Below are positions 26,336 to 40,934 of a stretch of 64,000 nt of DNA, piece by piece (position 1 is the stretch's first letter; the number at the start of each line of letters is the position of its first letter). Location of the stretch: the NCBI RefSeq assembly GCF_006345805.1, contig NC_043007.1, positions 39,618,001 to 39,682,000 on the forward strand, written 5' to 3'. The position numbers and the translations under genes are program-made. Under the pieces are notes generated by a model that worked only from the letters and a program-made list of their open reading frames with translations, did no database searches and was not told where the DNA came from. The stretch comes from Octopus sinensis. Taxonomy: Eukaryota.

Positions 26336-27689
26336 AACACTATCACGAATTAAACATTTCGAAATGTGCTTCAGCTCGCATATCATATCATACCATCCAC
26401 GTGTCTTATTCTACAAGACCGTTCTACCACAATTATGACGAAAACCAACACCAACATCAATTCACATTTCATACTTAGCAACCGTTAACGCTCATAAACT
26501 TCCTGTCATTGCTATCTTTCCATCTACATGGTGATCATAAGTGAATTCGTGATGAAATGTCTTCAGGGGAAACACGTAGAGATATTTTGCACACAGGTTA
26601 TTACAATTGTATAGATGATGTCTGTGTCCGAGTAAGATTTATGAAATATTGATTTTTGGGTGCCAACGTGATGTTATTTACTAAAAATCTCAAGAATTAT
26701 TTCAGAAATATTTTACTTACATGGTGATTACTCAGCTATAAATTTCTAAAAACAATTTTGAAATGCAATTGAAAAATACGTTTTAGTGTGCAAAGCATTT
26801 AATAAATATTTCATCAGAGAAAAATTCTGGAGAAAGAATATACGATATATCCTGATACCATCCTAATGATATATATAGCATTAGGATATATATATAAATA
26901 TATATATACATATATATCCTAATGCTATCCTGGAATTAAAATTTCGGATTACTTCTCAGTTCACAAATGAATCTTATATTCACAATGATATTCATAAAAT
27001 CCCGATACAGCAACTACCATCTAATTAAATTTTTAATGATACCTCTTCAAGGGAAAAGCTTAGAAATAATTAGTTACACGGGTTACTGCTGTGAACTAGA
27101 TTTTATTTTTGTAGCCGAATACTTACGTGAGTTGTAGAAACTTCCGATCTGTTATCTCTCGTTTTCATTGTGAAGATAATTATGAAAGGAAATCAAGCAA
27201 CGATTAGTTAAAATGCCGCAGAAACAAACAGGAAAGCTTATTAAACCAGTGATTACATTATCTGCTAGAAATAGCCCCACATTTTTCTAAAATCACTGCG
27301 TCTTTAGATTAGTACTTTCTGATACATTTTTGTTCATAACCTGTAAGTTCGTTTGATACCAACCTACATTGATACCAACCTATTGTTCCAAGCCTAAAAA
27401 TTTAGATGTTGTGAGCTTAAACAACGTTGTTAACTTTTTGATCTATATACGCATACACACTTATATATACATTTATATATGCTTACACACCCATATATGC
27501 ATAAAAGCATACTTTTGCTTATAGTTGTTCATCCAAGCTGGTGAGGATTATCTTGTATTTCATTTGTAGATCCTTTAATTACTATACAGTCTAATCCTCG
27601 ATGTGCTGCTTCTCTTGGAAACAAGACACGTAAATATTTGGTTGAGAAGGACAAAATTCTGCATACTTTCCTCTTTTCTTGCTTCTTTT

Positions 27690-27890
27690 GGTGGTTTCTT
27701 CTCACTATCCTCAATGCCGCTCCACCAAAGTGAACGGGTTGATCTATTGCACCTCTTCAAAGTGGTCTTCGCCTGCTCTTTGAACCGCTCCTTTGGACCT
27801 CCAAATCAACCGATGTCCAGTATATCCTAAAGGATTCTACGGATCAGACATTAGTCATAAATGTGCGCTCCTTGTTCGAACCATCTCAGA
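27690..27890 (-). mobile_element. Decayed RTE-clade LINE C-terminal fragment
   Basis: RRIL*DILDIG*FGGPKERFKEQAKTTLKRCN..RSLWWSGIED resembles the RTE/BovB ORF end. Confidence 0.5.
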
Positions 27891-28397
27891 AGGTGCTTGT
27901 GTAGTGTGAATATATTGCTGCTGGTTTCGGTTTGACTAAGGACTTCTATGTGCGTAATTCTGTTTTGCTCAATAACTGAAATGATTTTCTGGTGATAAGG
28001 ATGTTTGAAATCATGTTTATTGCCATTTCAACATGGCTGTTCCATAGCAACCAACGTTATTGCAATTTTAACCCCAGGAAGACGCCTCCACCAGCTGGTT
28101 ATTCGACGCAATCTGCACCCCATATACATTGCAAGCAAGGGAGCGAACCCTTACCATCTTCCAGTGACGGGACCAACAGAGCGTACGGTTTCGAGCTCCT
28201 TGTAATCATCCTTAGTGGTGGATACTCGTCTGCTAGAGATAGCAGTAGTTTGCTCCAGCTCGCAATATATAGAAAATAAGCGACAATCAGTCACTGATTT
28301 TGCAACAAGAAAATTAGCAAGTTAGGAAATCTCTTTAAGAGATGAAAGCAATAACTATTCTATATATATATATACCTAAAAGCGTAGCCTGTGTTGT

Positions 28398-28826
28398 TAT
28401 TTCTTTCTTATTTCTTTATTGCCCACAAGGGCTAAACATAGAGGGGACAAACAAGGACAGACAAACGGATTAAGTCAATTACATCGACCCCATTGCTAGA
28501 CTGGTGCTTAATTTATCAACCCTGAGGGGATGAAAGGCAAAGTCGACCTCGGTGGAATTTGAACTCAGAACGTAGCGGCAGACGAATTACCTATTTCTTT
28601 ACTACCCACAAGGGGCTAAACATAGAGGGAAAAAACAAGGTCAGACAAACTGATTAAGTCGATTACATCGGCCCCAGTGCGTAACTGGTACTTATTTAAT
28701 CGACCCCGAAAGGATGAAAGGCAAAGTCGACCTCGGCGGAATTTGAACTCAGAACGTAACGGCAGACGAAATACTGCAAAGAATTTCGCCCGACGTGCTA
28801 ACGTCTCTGCCAGCTCGCCGCCTTAT
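28398..28826 (-). mobile_element. SINE-A dimer with 14-bp TSD, Tx1-type tail
   Basis: TSD GTAGCCTGTGTTGT at 28384-28397 and 28827-28840. One head and two core+tail units. Confidence 0.9.
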
Positions 28827-29034
28827 GTAGCCTGTGTTGTGTCTGTATCAAAAGAAAGTCACTCATTTGCTAATTATTGAAAAGTGAAAATACTGGAATA
28901 CGATCATTACTTGATGCACTTTATATATACACTTTATATACTTCATGTACAGTTTTATAGACTTAATACACAACATTATCCTTCTTTACATTATTTACAT
29001 TCGACGGATATTTGTCCTCATCTTGTTTGTTGTT

Positions 29035-29080
29035 AACACAACGTTTCGGCTGATATACCCTCCAGCCTTCTTCAGGTGTC
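29035..29080 (-). ncRNA. Minimal type I hammerhead ribozyme motif (PLE-type)
   Basis: GACAC-CTGAAGA-A-GGCTG(10 nt)CAGCC-GAAACGT-T-GTGTT: intact core, 5-bp stem II, stem I GACAC/GTGTT and palindromic ACGT stem III. Confidence 0.7.
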
Positions 29081-29120
29081 TTCGGCAATATTGTTGTTGT
29101 TGTTGTTGTTATTGTTGTTG

Positions 29121-29197
29121 TTCAGGTCACTGCTTGGAATTGAACTCGGAATCTTGGGGTTTGTAGCCCGCGTCCTTAGCTACTACGCCATATGTCC
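29121..29197 (-). mobile_element. Short tRNA-derived SINE or tRNA pseudogene
   Basis: GGACATATGGCGTAGTAGCTAAGG (A-box) and CCGAGTTCAATTCC (B-box), followed by an (AAC/AAT)n tail. No clean cloverleaf. Confidence 0.6.
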
Positions 29198-29663
29198 GGG
29201 GGTATATGGTGTAATGGTTAAGAATTGTATTCTCCTTCTTTCTCTCTCATCTCTTAGCCTTATCCTCTTTTTCTTTCATTTTTCTTTCACTCATCACCTT
29301 TCCCTTCAACTAATCACCTGAAAGCGTTACAGACGGGCTAAGTAAGGGAGGAAAAAAAACTTAGCTAAACAAAAAAATTACACATGTCACTCACCACCAC
29401 CTCCTCCTGTAAATCATTCCAAAGATTCTCCGTCTAAGTTTCTTGAGCGGAATAGATGCTCACACATGGGTGTATGCATCGACGGCTCAGCCAACACGCT
29501 AACTCAACCGCATATTTACAAACACCGGAAGTAATTTTTATTCAGAATATCATGCTGCTTTGTTGGTGACTGGCTTCAACTTTCTTAAGAACTTAAATAA
29601 AACTCCAAGACACACACAGACACACACACACACACACGCACGCACGCACAGACACACACATAT

Positions 29664-29695
<32 letters not shown>

Positions 29696-29968
29696 AACAA
29701 ACATATGTGTGTGTGTGTGAATGTGTGAGTGTGTATATGTGTGTGTGTGTTTGTCTAAGTGTATTTGAATATTGTTGAAGCACTTGCTTAGTATAGCTCC
29801 TCACCTCTCTCTCTCTATCTCTCTCTCTCTATCTATCTATCTTCACTCGCACACTCACATACTCACACACACGCATATATAAATAAATATATATGTATAC
29901 ATATAAATATATACGCATGTGTATATATAAATATACATATATATATACATACATACACACACACATAT

Positions 29969-30007
<39 letters not shown>

Positions 30008-30369
30008 CACACATATATATGTATGTATATATGCCTGTATGTGTGTACATATATATATATATATGTATATATATGTATATGTATATATATATATACATAG
30101 ACACATAAAAACAGTGAAAGGGAGTGGGAAAAAACATGGATAGTGAGAGATAACAATTATAGATAGGGGGGAGTGCTAGCGAAGTTACCATGGTTACATT
30201 GATATCTCATGAATTATTCATGAGATCATCATTATGCAACGATGACTTGTTTCTTTATTGGTTTGTTATTCTGTTGTTATTTGTTGCGGTTGACTTTTTT
30301 TTTTCTTTATTTGTTTCTTCCACCATCTTCGGCCATTATGGGAACAAAACAAGGAAACGGGCTGTATAA

Positions 30370-30640
30370 CCAGGAGAGGGATATCGACGGTGATGGCGAG
30401 GATGGCGAGGATGGCGACGATGATGATGGTGATGATGATGATGGTGACCATGAAGGCGACGATGATGCTGCTGGTGACGATGGCGGCAATGATGGCGAAG
30501 ATGGTTGTGACGATGACGGTGACGATGATGGTGAAGACGATGACAACGATGACGGCGAGGATAATTTTGACGAGGATGGATACAATGATGACAACGATGA
30601 TGATGGCGATGATGGTGGCGATGATGACAATGCCGACACA
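30370..30640. repeat. Imperfect (GAT/GAC/GGC)n low-complexity array
   Basis: Direct reading. Confidence 0.8.
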
Positions 30641-31454
30641 ATATCGATGACGATGCAAATAGGTCAACGATTCAGTTTTGACCTGGTCACATGATCTACT
30701 AGAAATAGCAGGCAAATTCCTCTCTAATCACACCTAGCTGCTTTACAATCGTCGAAGATACCATTCCCTAAAAATAGATAAAAGCCACAAAACAACAAAA
30801 GCAACTGTAGTAGCAACAAGAACAGGAGCAGCAATATCTGTAGCAGTAGTGGTAGCAGCAGCAGCCGCTACAACAACAATAACAGCAGGGGCAACAAAAT
30901 CTACCAGAAAAAACTCTCCTGGTCACCCACCTTGTTAGAAATTTTCCTCAATTGACACTGCTCTCTTAAAAAATCAAAAATACGCTGGATAATGTAGTCC
31001 TAGATACACTATGCCTAAAAAAACGTTGCCACGAAATAAAACCTTTTCGTCATAGGTGTGTCTGAACAAGACAGTAGAAAATATTTCAAAATATGTCCTG
31101 AGGTAGAAAATATCTTGAAATATTCTGTGCAGAATTGAACCAGAGACTAAGCTTTACCAAAGTTATATGTTTCTACTGCTAAACTGTCTGAGTGGAATGA
31201 AAATTTTATAGGCTGACCATGAAGGAGTGATGCTAGAGCTATGAAATCTTTCGTGCATTAATACAACAATAGCATTGTTCCTTTTCGGGTAAACTGACGT
31301 CTGTAAACTGACATCTGACTGTTCAAAGAAAACTTCAAAAGTAACTAGTGGCGACCTCTATTGAAATTGGATAAAATTTGGCATTGTGATATTATCATGT
31401 ATCTAAAGGGAAAGGGTTTGGCTGGCCCTCAAAGACATTCGTGCTCATATGGTT

Positions 31455-31825
31455 GTTAAGTTAAGTTAATTTTTTGGCTCAAAAAGCAAAAAGCAAGGCC
31501 ATGTAGGGGGACATGGAGTTATGTACAGGGTGGTGTTCATGCAAAGAGTTCAGGCCATTTCTGGTCAAGGGAGACTTTGAACCGAGCGGTCGTCGGCATC
31601 TTCACTATCTCGTCCGGCAGCTTATTTCACGGATCCGCAACCCGGACGGAGAAAGCCCCTCTCTTTCGATTGAGATGAAATCGTCGCAGATAGAGCATTT
31701 CGGAGTGACCCCGCAGCCGACGCTCTGGAGCAGGAGTGAAGAACAGCTCTTTCGAGAGGTTACACTTTCCGCTTATGATGTTGTGAGCAAGAATGAGATC
31801 ACCACGGCGTCGTCGTTTTTCGTGT
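31455..31825 (-). mobile_element. 3' fragment of a second CR1-type LINE family
   Basis: EKRRRRGDLILAHNII..RLRGHSEML..FSVRVADP*NKLP..FKVSLD. Tail ends in (TTAAC)n. Confidence 0.78.
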
Positions 31826-32470
31826 TATATTAGGGGATGAAGGCTCCAGCTTTATGGTAAAACTTTCAGGTGATGCAACGGAATAAATTTATTAAAATTG
31901 GTGAAAAGGTGAATCTGAAGATTATCCCTCAAATGGATGACGCGACGTTATCAAATTTATGACAAGATATTTTAATAACAGCTTAAATGTAAATAACACA
32001 TGAGAGTCAATCAAAACGAGACTTTAATTTACTAAAAGTTCCACTGAGAGACATTAGAGATAAACTGTCCTCTAAAAGAAGAGGATGGATAAGGTTCAAG
32101 AGAGGAAGATAATCAAGTACCAGGAGTTGTTAGAGGACTGTGTGAGAATAGATGGGGAACAAGGACTTTACTATTGCAGGTTATCAGTCGAGGGCTTGTA
32201 GGTCTTATTCTGAGTAATGCCTATGGAAATCTGAGCATTTCAAGAGTGAGCATAAGTTCCGCCAAGAACAAAGTAGAGGCTGTTAACAAAGCGTCTAGAT
32301 CTGTGGTTTTCCATATTTTTATTTGATCTTTTTGATTTCTATTTTTCTTTACTGAATCCCCGTAGCCATTTGTCGTTTAAAATATCACATTTTTATGATT
32401 AAATTTCATTAAGAATTATAATTGAATATTGTTGGGAGTTGTATAAAACTGTTAAAATATTTTGTGTATT

Positions 32471-32878
32471 GTAGGAGTGGCGTGGGAGTGGCTGTGTGGT
32501 AAGTAGATTGCTTGTCAACCACATGGTTCCAGGTTCAGTCCCACTGCGTGGCACCTTGGGCAAGTGTCTTCTACTATAGCCTCGGGCCGACCAAAGCCTT
32601 GTGAGTAGATTTGGTAGACGGAAACTGAAAGAAGCCCGTCGTATATATGTGTATATATATATATGTCTGTGTGTCTGTGTTTGTCCCCCCAACATCGTTT
32701 GACAACCGATGCTGGTATGTTTACATCCCCGTAACTTAGCGGTTCGGCAAAAGAGACCGACAGAATAAGTACTAGGCTTACAAAGAATAAGTCTTGGGGT
32801 CGATTTGCTCGACTAAAGGCGGTGCTCCAGCATGGTCACAGTAAAATGACTGAAGCAAGTAAAAGAGTAAAAAGAGAG
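32471..32878 (+). mobile_element. SINE-B (CORE-type), full length
   Basis: Same architecture as the 11303 copy. Tail GGCGGTGCTCCAGCATGGTCACAGT..ACTGAAGCAAGTAAAAGAG. Confidence 0.9.
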
Positions 32879-33602
32879 TACACGTATAACCAATTTATTC
32901 TGTATAAACTTTGGCAAAAAAAAATCTAATATGGACACGTAAGGGTCATGTGGACTCCTAATGAGAACCATTGGCCTTGACGGCTATGCTAAAAAGAAGA
33001 GATCAATGAAGTCATTAGAATTCCAATGGGACACAGACCCAGGGTTGATCAACTTTGGTCTGGTCGTCTGGATGAGGGAGTATGTTTTAAAACCCAAAAC
33101 GCTTAATGTCTCCGAAATGCAACACTGTATCCGAGTATTGCATCCCTATGTGCAAGTCGGACTCATGCATTTAACTTTCGCTTCGTTTTTGTGCAATGAC
33201 TATGACACTGCGGCACATTACCAGTACAATACTCCACAATCGGTTCTAAGTCTCTTTTTCCATATCTATACGCAGCTGACGCATCAAGTTTATTTGTCAA
33301 AAACGTTTAGAGAAAATACAAAAGTATTTTATATTTCTGAATCTCTCGAAGATTCAACCACTTCAATTGTTACTTAAATACGATATAATTTACATAAAGA
33401 GTATTACATTCAACCACACACGTGCAATGATATCTAACAATTTTAATATTTTTCAAGTGTGCACCTAAAATATTCCATTGCATTCGTATATGTTTCAATG
33501 TCTCTTTAGTAGGTCATCCTTCTTGTGGGTCTTAGTCATGAATTTATCATTGATAATATACAATACTAAGTAGGCTGCGTGTGGAAGTAAGAGCAATCGC
33601 AC

Positions 33603-33653
<51 letters not shown>

Positions 33654-33662
33654 ACACATGTA

Positions 33663-33808
33663 TACAATGGGCTTCTTTCACTTTCCATCTACCACATCCA
33701 CTCACAGGAATTTCGTTGGCCGAGGCTATAGTAGAAGACAGTTGCCTAAGGTGCTAGGTGACGGGACTATATCCGGAACCATGTGATTGAGAAGCAAACA
33801 TCTTACTC
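33663..33808 (-). mobile_element. SINE-B 5' fragment, diverged
   Basis: GAGGCTATAGTAGAAGACAGTTGCCTAAGGTGC matches the SINE-B reverse complement. Confidence 0.7.
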
Positions 33809-33935
33809 TAGAGCCAACAATTATTTTAATAAAACTTCATACATGAGATTGCGAATGCGATACATAAAAAGTCTTAATTCATAAGATAATTTAGTTACTT
33901 CTATAAAAATAGTTCGTGGTTTGTTAAAAGAAAAA

Positions 33936-34386
<451 letters not shown>

Positions 34387-35209
34387 ACAGTAACTGGAAA
34401 GAGTGGGAACATCTTATCACGAACGTGGCCGTATGTCGTAGGTAAGTTTGAGGTTGTTTCTGTTGAGAGTTAAATATCCCATATTTTATAACCTTTAATA
34501 AATCTTCTAGAACCTTTACTACTTATTTGGTTAGAAGATCTGACTGGTCGAACCATGTTCACGCAGGTGTTAATGCCTTTTATGGTGACACAGTTAATAT
34601 TTCGTAGCTTGCTTTTGCTTTTTATAACGATATCGTTTGGTTGTGGTTCTAATTTAAGGATCTGAGTGAAATGGTTCGAATCCAGACCTATATGTCTATA
34701 TGTCTTCTAAAGTGGACATACCAAAGTGGTACGAAATCTGTAGGCGTAGCGTTTGATTTGGGTACTGTGGAAGTGTTTGATCAGGAATTAGGGTAGATAA
34801 CCCAACGCCATTTTCAGGACTATTCATATGTTTAATTGGAGTATTTTAGTCATACGTACTCTCAGTTTTATCTGAGGTACTCCCTAAGGAGGCTAAGTTT
34901 TTACTCAAAACATTCCCTAGAGACATGAAAATATGGAAAGATTCATAAGATAACGTAGTTTAAGACAATGATGACGACGACGACGACGACGAAGATGATG
35001 ATGATGATGATGATGATGACGACGGTTATAACAATAATGACGATCAGAATGGCGATGACAACGATGACGATCTCCTCCAGTGACAGTCGTTCTGTCTTTC
35101 CGCTTGATTAACTCGCTCACGCCCTTGGCCTGTGTTCTGGAGTGTTTTAGTAACGAGCTGAGGTCGAAGGTCAAGATGTGAGAGAACTACCGCCGCTATC
35201 AAATTTACA

Positions 35210-35965
35210 ACTGCTACCACCACCGCACCCCACCACCATCCCACCACCACCACCACCACCACCACCACCACAACCACCACCACAACGACTAATATCTTCG
35301 CCACCGCATACACAATCCTTTCACCACAACACCACTTATATCACCACCACTACCACTCCACTATTTACCACTACCACCTGCACGTCATTCACCGCCACCA
35401 CCAACAACGGCAACAACAACAACGGCAACAACAACAACACTACAAATCACCACTCCCATACGCAACCAACACAGCCAACAGCACCAACACCACAACCAAC
35501 TGCACTCTGTACATCAGCACCACGAATGCCACAGTTAATCATTACTACCGCCTATACCATACATACCACCACCACCACCACCACCACCATCATCACTACC
35601 ACCTCTACTCCCACCATTATTGTAAACACAACGACGACGACTACGACTATCACTACCACTACTGCTACTCCCACCACCAACAACAACACCACCACCAACA
35701 CCATCACAACCAACACTGCCACCACTACCACCACCACCACCATCACCACTAATCACTACCTCCATCATCACAACAAGCACCACCATCACTACTGCCAACA
35801 GCACAACCACTACCACCACCACAACCACCACCACCATCACCATCACAACCAACACCAAAACCACCAGCACTATCACCACTAATCACCACCACCACCATCA
35901 CTACCATTAAACCAACACCGCCACCACCACTACCGCTACCACCACCACCACCACCACCACCATAA
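35210..35965. repeat. Imperfect (ACC/AAC)n low-complexity array
   Basis: Direct reading. Confidence 0.85.
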
Positions 35966-36606
35966 CTATATATATAAACGGGTTTGTATGATTGTGTATA
36001 GAGGGATATATATTATTCAAAGAAATTCCAACTCTGTCTGTTTTTTATGTTTTATTTATATTCTTTATAATATTAATGTAGAATATAGAATATATAGTAT
36101 AAATAGTATATATAGTAAAATGAAATGAAGTATTGATTGTCTTATTGAATAGATGAAATATTGAATATCAAATATTAAGGGACTAGTATACTTTCTTGCA
36201 TTAAAGCAGTCTTCAAGGTCCCAGGTTGTGACAGGAGTGTTTCAACTCCTGTCACACACACACAAACAAACAAACTAGCATTTGTTTTTATAAGCGTTGA
36301 TATGTGTAGTGAACGATATAAATTAGATGATTTTTTTTTCTAACACACAATTGCCGTTAGAACAGCAGAAGTACTGGGTAAATTACCTTTGCAAAACAGA
36401 AACATTTGTCAACAAATAGCCATGGGACTCGAACCCATATCCCTCAAAGTCTCCAGCTGAGGGCATTACAATTAGGACAGTAAATATGAAATTTGAAGGA
36501 GATGTGCTACTATTTTCAGCAGGTTGGACGACTTTGTAAAGGTTCCTTAATTGATCCGTAGATGCCATGGGAAGAAAATATGGACGTACATTCACTTCTT
36601 CAGATG

Positions 36607-36637
<31 letters not shown>

Positions 36638-36944
36638 TACTGCTGCAGCTGCTGCTACTGCTGCTGCTATTACTATTCCAATTGAGTACCTCAGGCAGAA
36701 CCATCATTACCACCACCGACATAATATAGACAATGCATACAGATGCCATCACTACCACATACACTACCACCACCACCACACCACCACCACCTTTACCATC
36801 ACCATCTTTCCCACCACCACTACCACAACCCCCACCGCAGCTACATGCACCACTATTACCACCACACCACTGCCCCGCAAACCGAAAACTTCAGAGTGCA
36901 AGAGATAAGCTGAAATCTTTAATTGTCCATGCATTTCAGATGTC

Positions 36945-36983
<39 letters not shown>

Positions 36984-37041
36984 GACACACATGTATGCTC
37001 ACGTTGATGCATACATTTATACATGCTAATTAAACACATAT

Positions 37042-37085
<44 letters not shown>

Positions 37086-37819
37086 ACACACACAGACATA
37101 CATATGTATATACGCAATGCACATACGCATAGAGTGATAAAGAGAGAGAAAGCGGTGGGTGGAGGGAAGAAAACCTGAGACAGGCAATTAGACAGACGGT
37201 CAGACAGACAAGCAGGCAGTCAGGCACTCAGAGAGTTAGCACATGCAGACGGATAAAGAGACGGAAGTCCCCATCTCCCCACCGAAATAACCAACCAGAC
37301 TACCGGTTTCCACCACCACCACCACCACCACCACAACCAGCTCCACCGTATCCGCTACCACAACTGGAATCTACTGTCTTTGCTCCGCCAACCCAGCCGT
37401 ATGATGGGCCAATATTGAAAACAGTTGATCTTGTAACCTCTTTTTAATTAAGCCTGTTAAGCGGAAATCTAATTCCACCTTATAAGACATCTTATTCGCT
37501 TGTACAGGCATACCAAAACTCCTGAATTTGTTTCCCGCCACAACCAACACCACTCCGCCTGCTTCTATTCCATAAGCCTCTCCCTCTTCTTCTCCTTCTT
37601 CTCTCCTTCCTCCGCCATCCATTTATATCAACTTCATCCATCTTTTCCATCTTTCATATGCTGCTCATCTTATATTTTAACTATCTTCTTCCATCATCTC
37701 ATGCCGTACCGAAGAAGATGAAGGAACAAAAATTAAAACAAAAAGAAGAAAAAATGAGAAACAAAAAATTGGAAAAATGGGAAGAAAAAAAACTACAAGA
37801 GCGCCGTATATTGTTATCA

Positions 37820-38700
37820 CCCCCCCCCCCACCATCACCACCGCCACCGCCACCGCTACTATCAGTTTCACAACCACCACCAGCTGCATCAGCAAGGCAC
37901 CATCACCACTAATGCTTCACCACCGCCTCCACATTCACTGCCAACACTCCGGCTTTGCTGCATCGATGCCGAAAACCACAAAAGCCGCGAAAACCGCAGA
38001 ACCACCATCACCACCACCACCATCACCACCACCACCATCACTATTACCATTACCATAACTGCTATCACCATCACGATCCTTTACTACCACCACTACCACC
38101 ACCACCATTACCATTACCACCACCATTACCACCGACACAACCAAAACCACCATCTCCAAGAATACTCACACCGCCATCACTGCCATAACCACCACCACCA
38201 CCACCACCACCACCACCACCACCACCACCACCACCACCACCACCATCACCACTATCACCACTACCACCATTACCATCACCACGACCACCACTACTACCAT
38301 CACCACCACAACCACCAGCACCATCACCACAACCAGCACAATCACCAACACCACGACCGCCACTACCACTACCACCACTACCACAACCACCACCATCACT
38401 GCTACCACCACTACCGCCGTCACCATCGTCGCCACCATCAGTATAACCGTCATCATTACTGCAAACACCAGCAATATTAACACCATAACCAATGCCAGGA
38501 CCATCACCGACTCCATTACTCGTCTACCAGTACCACCACCACAACCACCGCCTCCGGACCACAGGCATGACCAGAAACACCACTAGCACTACCAGCACAT
38601 TAACACCACACCTCCACCGACCCTAGGACATTCATTCCCACCTAAATACTGCCGTCTGCCACTACCACCACCAACACCGTCACCGCCACCACCATCACTA
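37820..38700. repeat. Imperfect (ACC)n low-complexity array
   Basis: Direct reading. Confidence 0.85.
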
Positions 38701-39236
38701 CCATAAACATCCTTTACAATCGCTGTAGCCGCTACGTGTTCCAACCCCTCTGCTAGAAACTGCGGCCAAATCTCTTTCAAATTAGGTCTCATTGCTCGAG
38801 AAAAGGACACACTGGATATTGTGGTGTAGGGATCCTTGTACATTGGGAAAAGACGGGATGGTCATGAACAGAATGCCTTTGATCTAGCCTAGCAGGGTTG
38901 ACCTGAAGGTAACACTCTCATGATCCTGCGAGAAAAGTATGTGTGGTCGCAGGTCTTCCTAGAAGTAGCAGCTAATCTTTTCTCGTATCGCACCCTATCT
39001 TGAAGAATACAAGGACATACTGAATCACGTAGTCTAGGATGGGGATATATTTACTATACCCAGAAAAATAGACGGGGTGGTCACGTTTGATATAGACAAT
39101 GTTTGATAAGAGAATAACCTGAGGCTAAGCCACACCAGACAGGTCCCGTATAGTAGCTCGATCTGCTAGAAATAGTACCAAAACAGGAGGGTTTTGAGCA
39201 TGAGTTTGCTCGATCAGAATTGACTTCTCAATGTCA

Positions 39237-39471
39237 ATTCTTTTATTCTTTTATTCTTTTATTTGTTTCCGTCATTTGATTGTGGCCAAGCTGGGGCACT
39301 GCCTTGAAGCATTTTTAGTCAAATGTATAGATACCAGTCTTTTTTTTTTTTGGAACTATTCTATCGGTATCTTTTGCCGAACCGGTAAATTACGGGGGCA
39401 TAAATACACCAACATCGGTTATCAAATAATGGCGGAGACACAAACACAAATACATAAATACGTGCGCGCGC

Positions 39472-39509
<38 letters not shown>

Positions 39510-39697
39510 ATATATATATATATATATACGACAGGCTTCTTTCAGTTTCCGCCTACCAAATCCACTCACACGGCTGTGATCAGCCCGAGGCTATAGTAGA
39601 AGACACTTGCCCAAGGCACCACGCAGTGGCATTGAGCCCGGAAGCAAGCTTCTTACCAAACAGTCACTTCTGCACATATCCACACAGCCACACCTGC
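39237..39697 (-). mobile_element. SINE-B (CORE-type), ends in (AAAAGAAT)3
   Basis: Reverse complement of SINE-B; terminal ATTCTTTT x3 on the plus strand. Confidence 0.85.
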
Positions 39698-39725
39698 GTC
39701 TATATGAGCAATAACATCCTAAGTA

Positions 39726-40248
39726 CAGAGTGACCCCCAAAAAACAGAACCCATAACAATTTTATAAAATCCCACAAAGGTCCAGCAAATTTCAAGAAAT
39801 TTGCTGGGCTTAAACTTCAGTCTGTGAACGATCGTTCCTTTTGCATAAAAGTCGTGTCCGTTTCAAAATATGCTCCAAATGGCATACGTCGCGCAGAATT
39901 GTTAATTATTCGAATACGTTCCTCTTTGGGGATTTCTCTGATTTCTGCTGTGATTTCTGCTTTTAGTTCACCAATCGTTTGAGTGTTGTTCTGGTAAACA
40001 TTATCCTTGAGATACCCCCAGAGATAAAAATCTGGGAGATTCAAGTCCGGTGAATGCAATGCCAACTCAAAGTCACTCTTCCTGCTGATCAGTCTCTTCT
40101 GAAATCGCTCTCTCAGCCAGGCGACCCCTCTCTCAGGTGGCCCCGACTTGCTGGAATCACCGTTCATCCCGATCTATCACTCTACATCGTTTTATTCAAA
40201 TAGTTTTATTTAAAGATATGTAGGTTCCGTTTTTTGGGGGTCACCCTG
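39726..40248 (-). mobile_element. Internally deleted Tc1/mariner element (maT/rosa-like)
   Basis: 28-bp TIRs CAGAGTGACCCCCAAAAAACAGAACCCA and CAGGGTGACCCCCAAAAAACGGAACCTA (3 mismatches). Residual SPDLNLPDFYLWGYLKDNVY. Confidence 0.85.
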
Positions 40249-40884
40249 AACTAAAAGCGACACCGCTACACCACCAAGATACCACTGCTTAGCCTTAACC
40301 CTAAACCTAACCAGAAAACCCATATTGATATGTGAGGGGTACAGTTTTTGTTGTCGAAACAATCTCGATTCCTTCACAGTCCCTGAGTAACTACATGACG
40401 AGAAAAAGCAAAATGCTTACCTCCAAATATCCTAAATACAAGCACATCAAAAACCTAAAACCCAGCCGACGTTAAATCTCCTGTTCGGACAGGATGAGCT
40501 TTATGCACCACGCATCATTAGAAATAGCAGCAAAATCAATAATCTTATTGACTCCAGTTACTGTGTTTGAATGCATAGCGTCAGTAATAAGTGCGGCGCA
40601 AAAAAAAAAAGCTGTAGCGTTCTAACTGACTGAGTTCACCTTATCTGCTTTCACTGTGGAAACTATTGTAATTTTCGGACGTACGGAAGTATAAGAGACA
40701 ACAGAGAGAGAGGGGGGGGGGAGACAGAGAAATGGAGAGAGAGAAAATGTGTGCAGCATGTCCAAGCTGTGACATTGCACCTCCATATGAGTCATTACGG
40801 CATGATATTAGTTCTCAGTATCTCTGTGCCGGCAGAAATTGACATGGTCATAGAGACAGTGCGGCATGTTCAGACTGTCGCTAT

Positions 40885-40934
<50 letters not shown>

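Noticed and set aside
29121-29197. Functional tRNA gene (also SINE heads and a B-box-like relic at about 36420-36475)
   Set aside because: A/B boxes are present but there is no complete cloverleaf, and SINE bodies or simple-repeat tails follow.
30242-30694. 150-aa Asp/Gly-rich ORF resembling an acidic biomineralisation protein
   Set aside because: Imperfect GAT/GAC repeat that is open in several frames on both strands, with no exon context.
32961-33377. 138-aa ORF in non-repetitive sequence
   Set aside because: No recognisable motif or splice context. A BLASTP or RNA-seq hit would be needed.
35178-35882. 234-aa Pro/Thr/His-rich mucin-like ORF (similar ORFs at 37.9-38.5 kb)
   Set aside because: Degenerate (ACC)n array, open in multiple frames.
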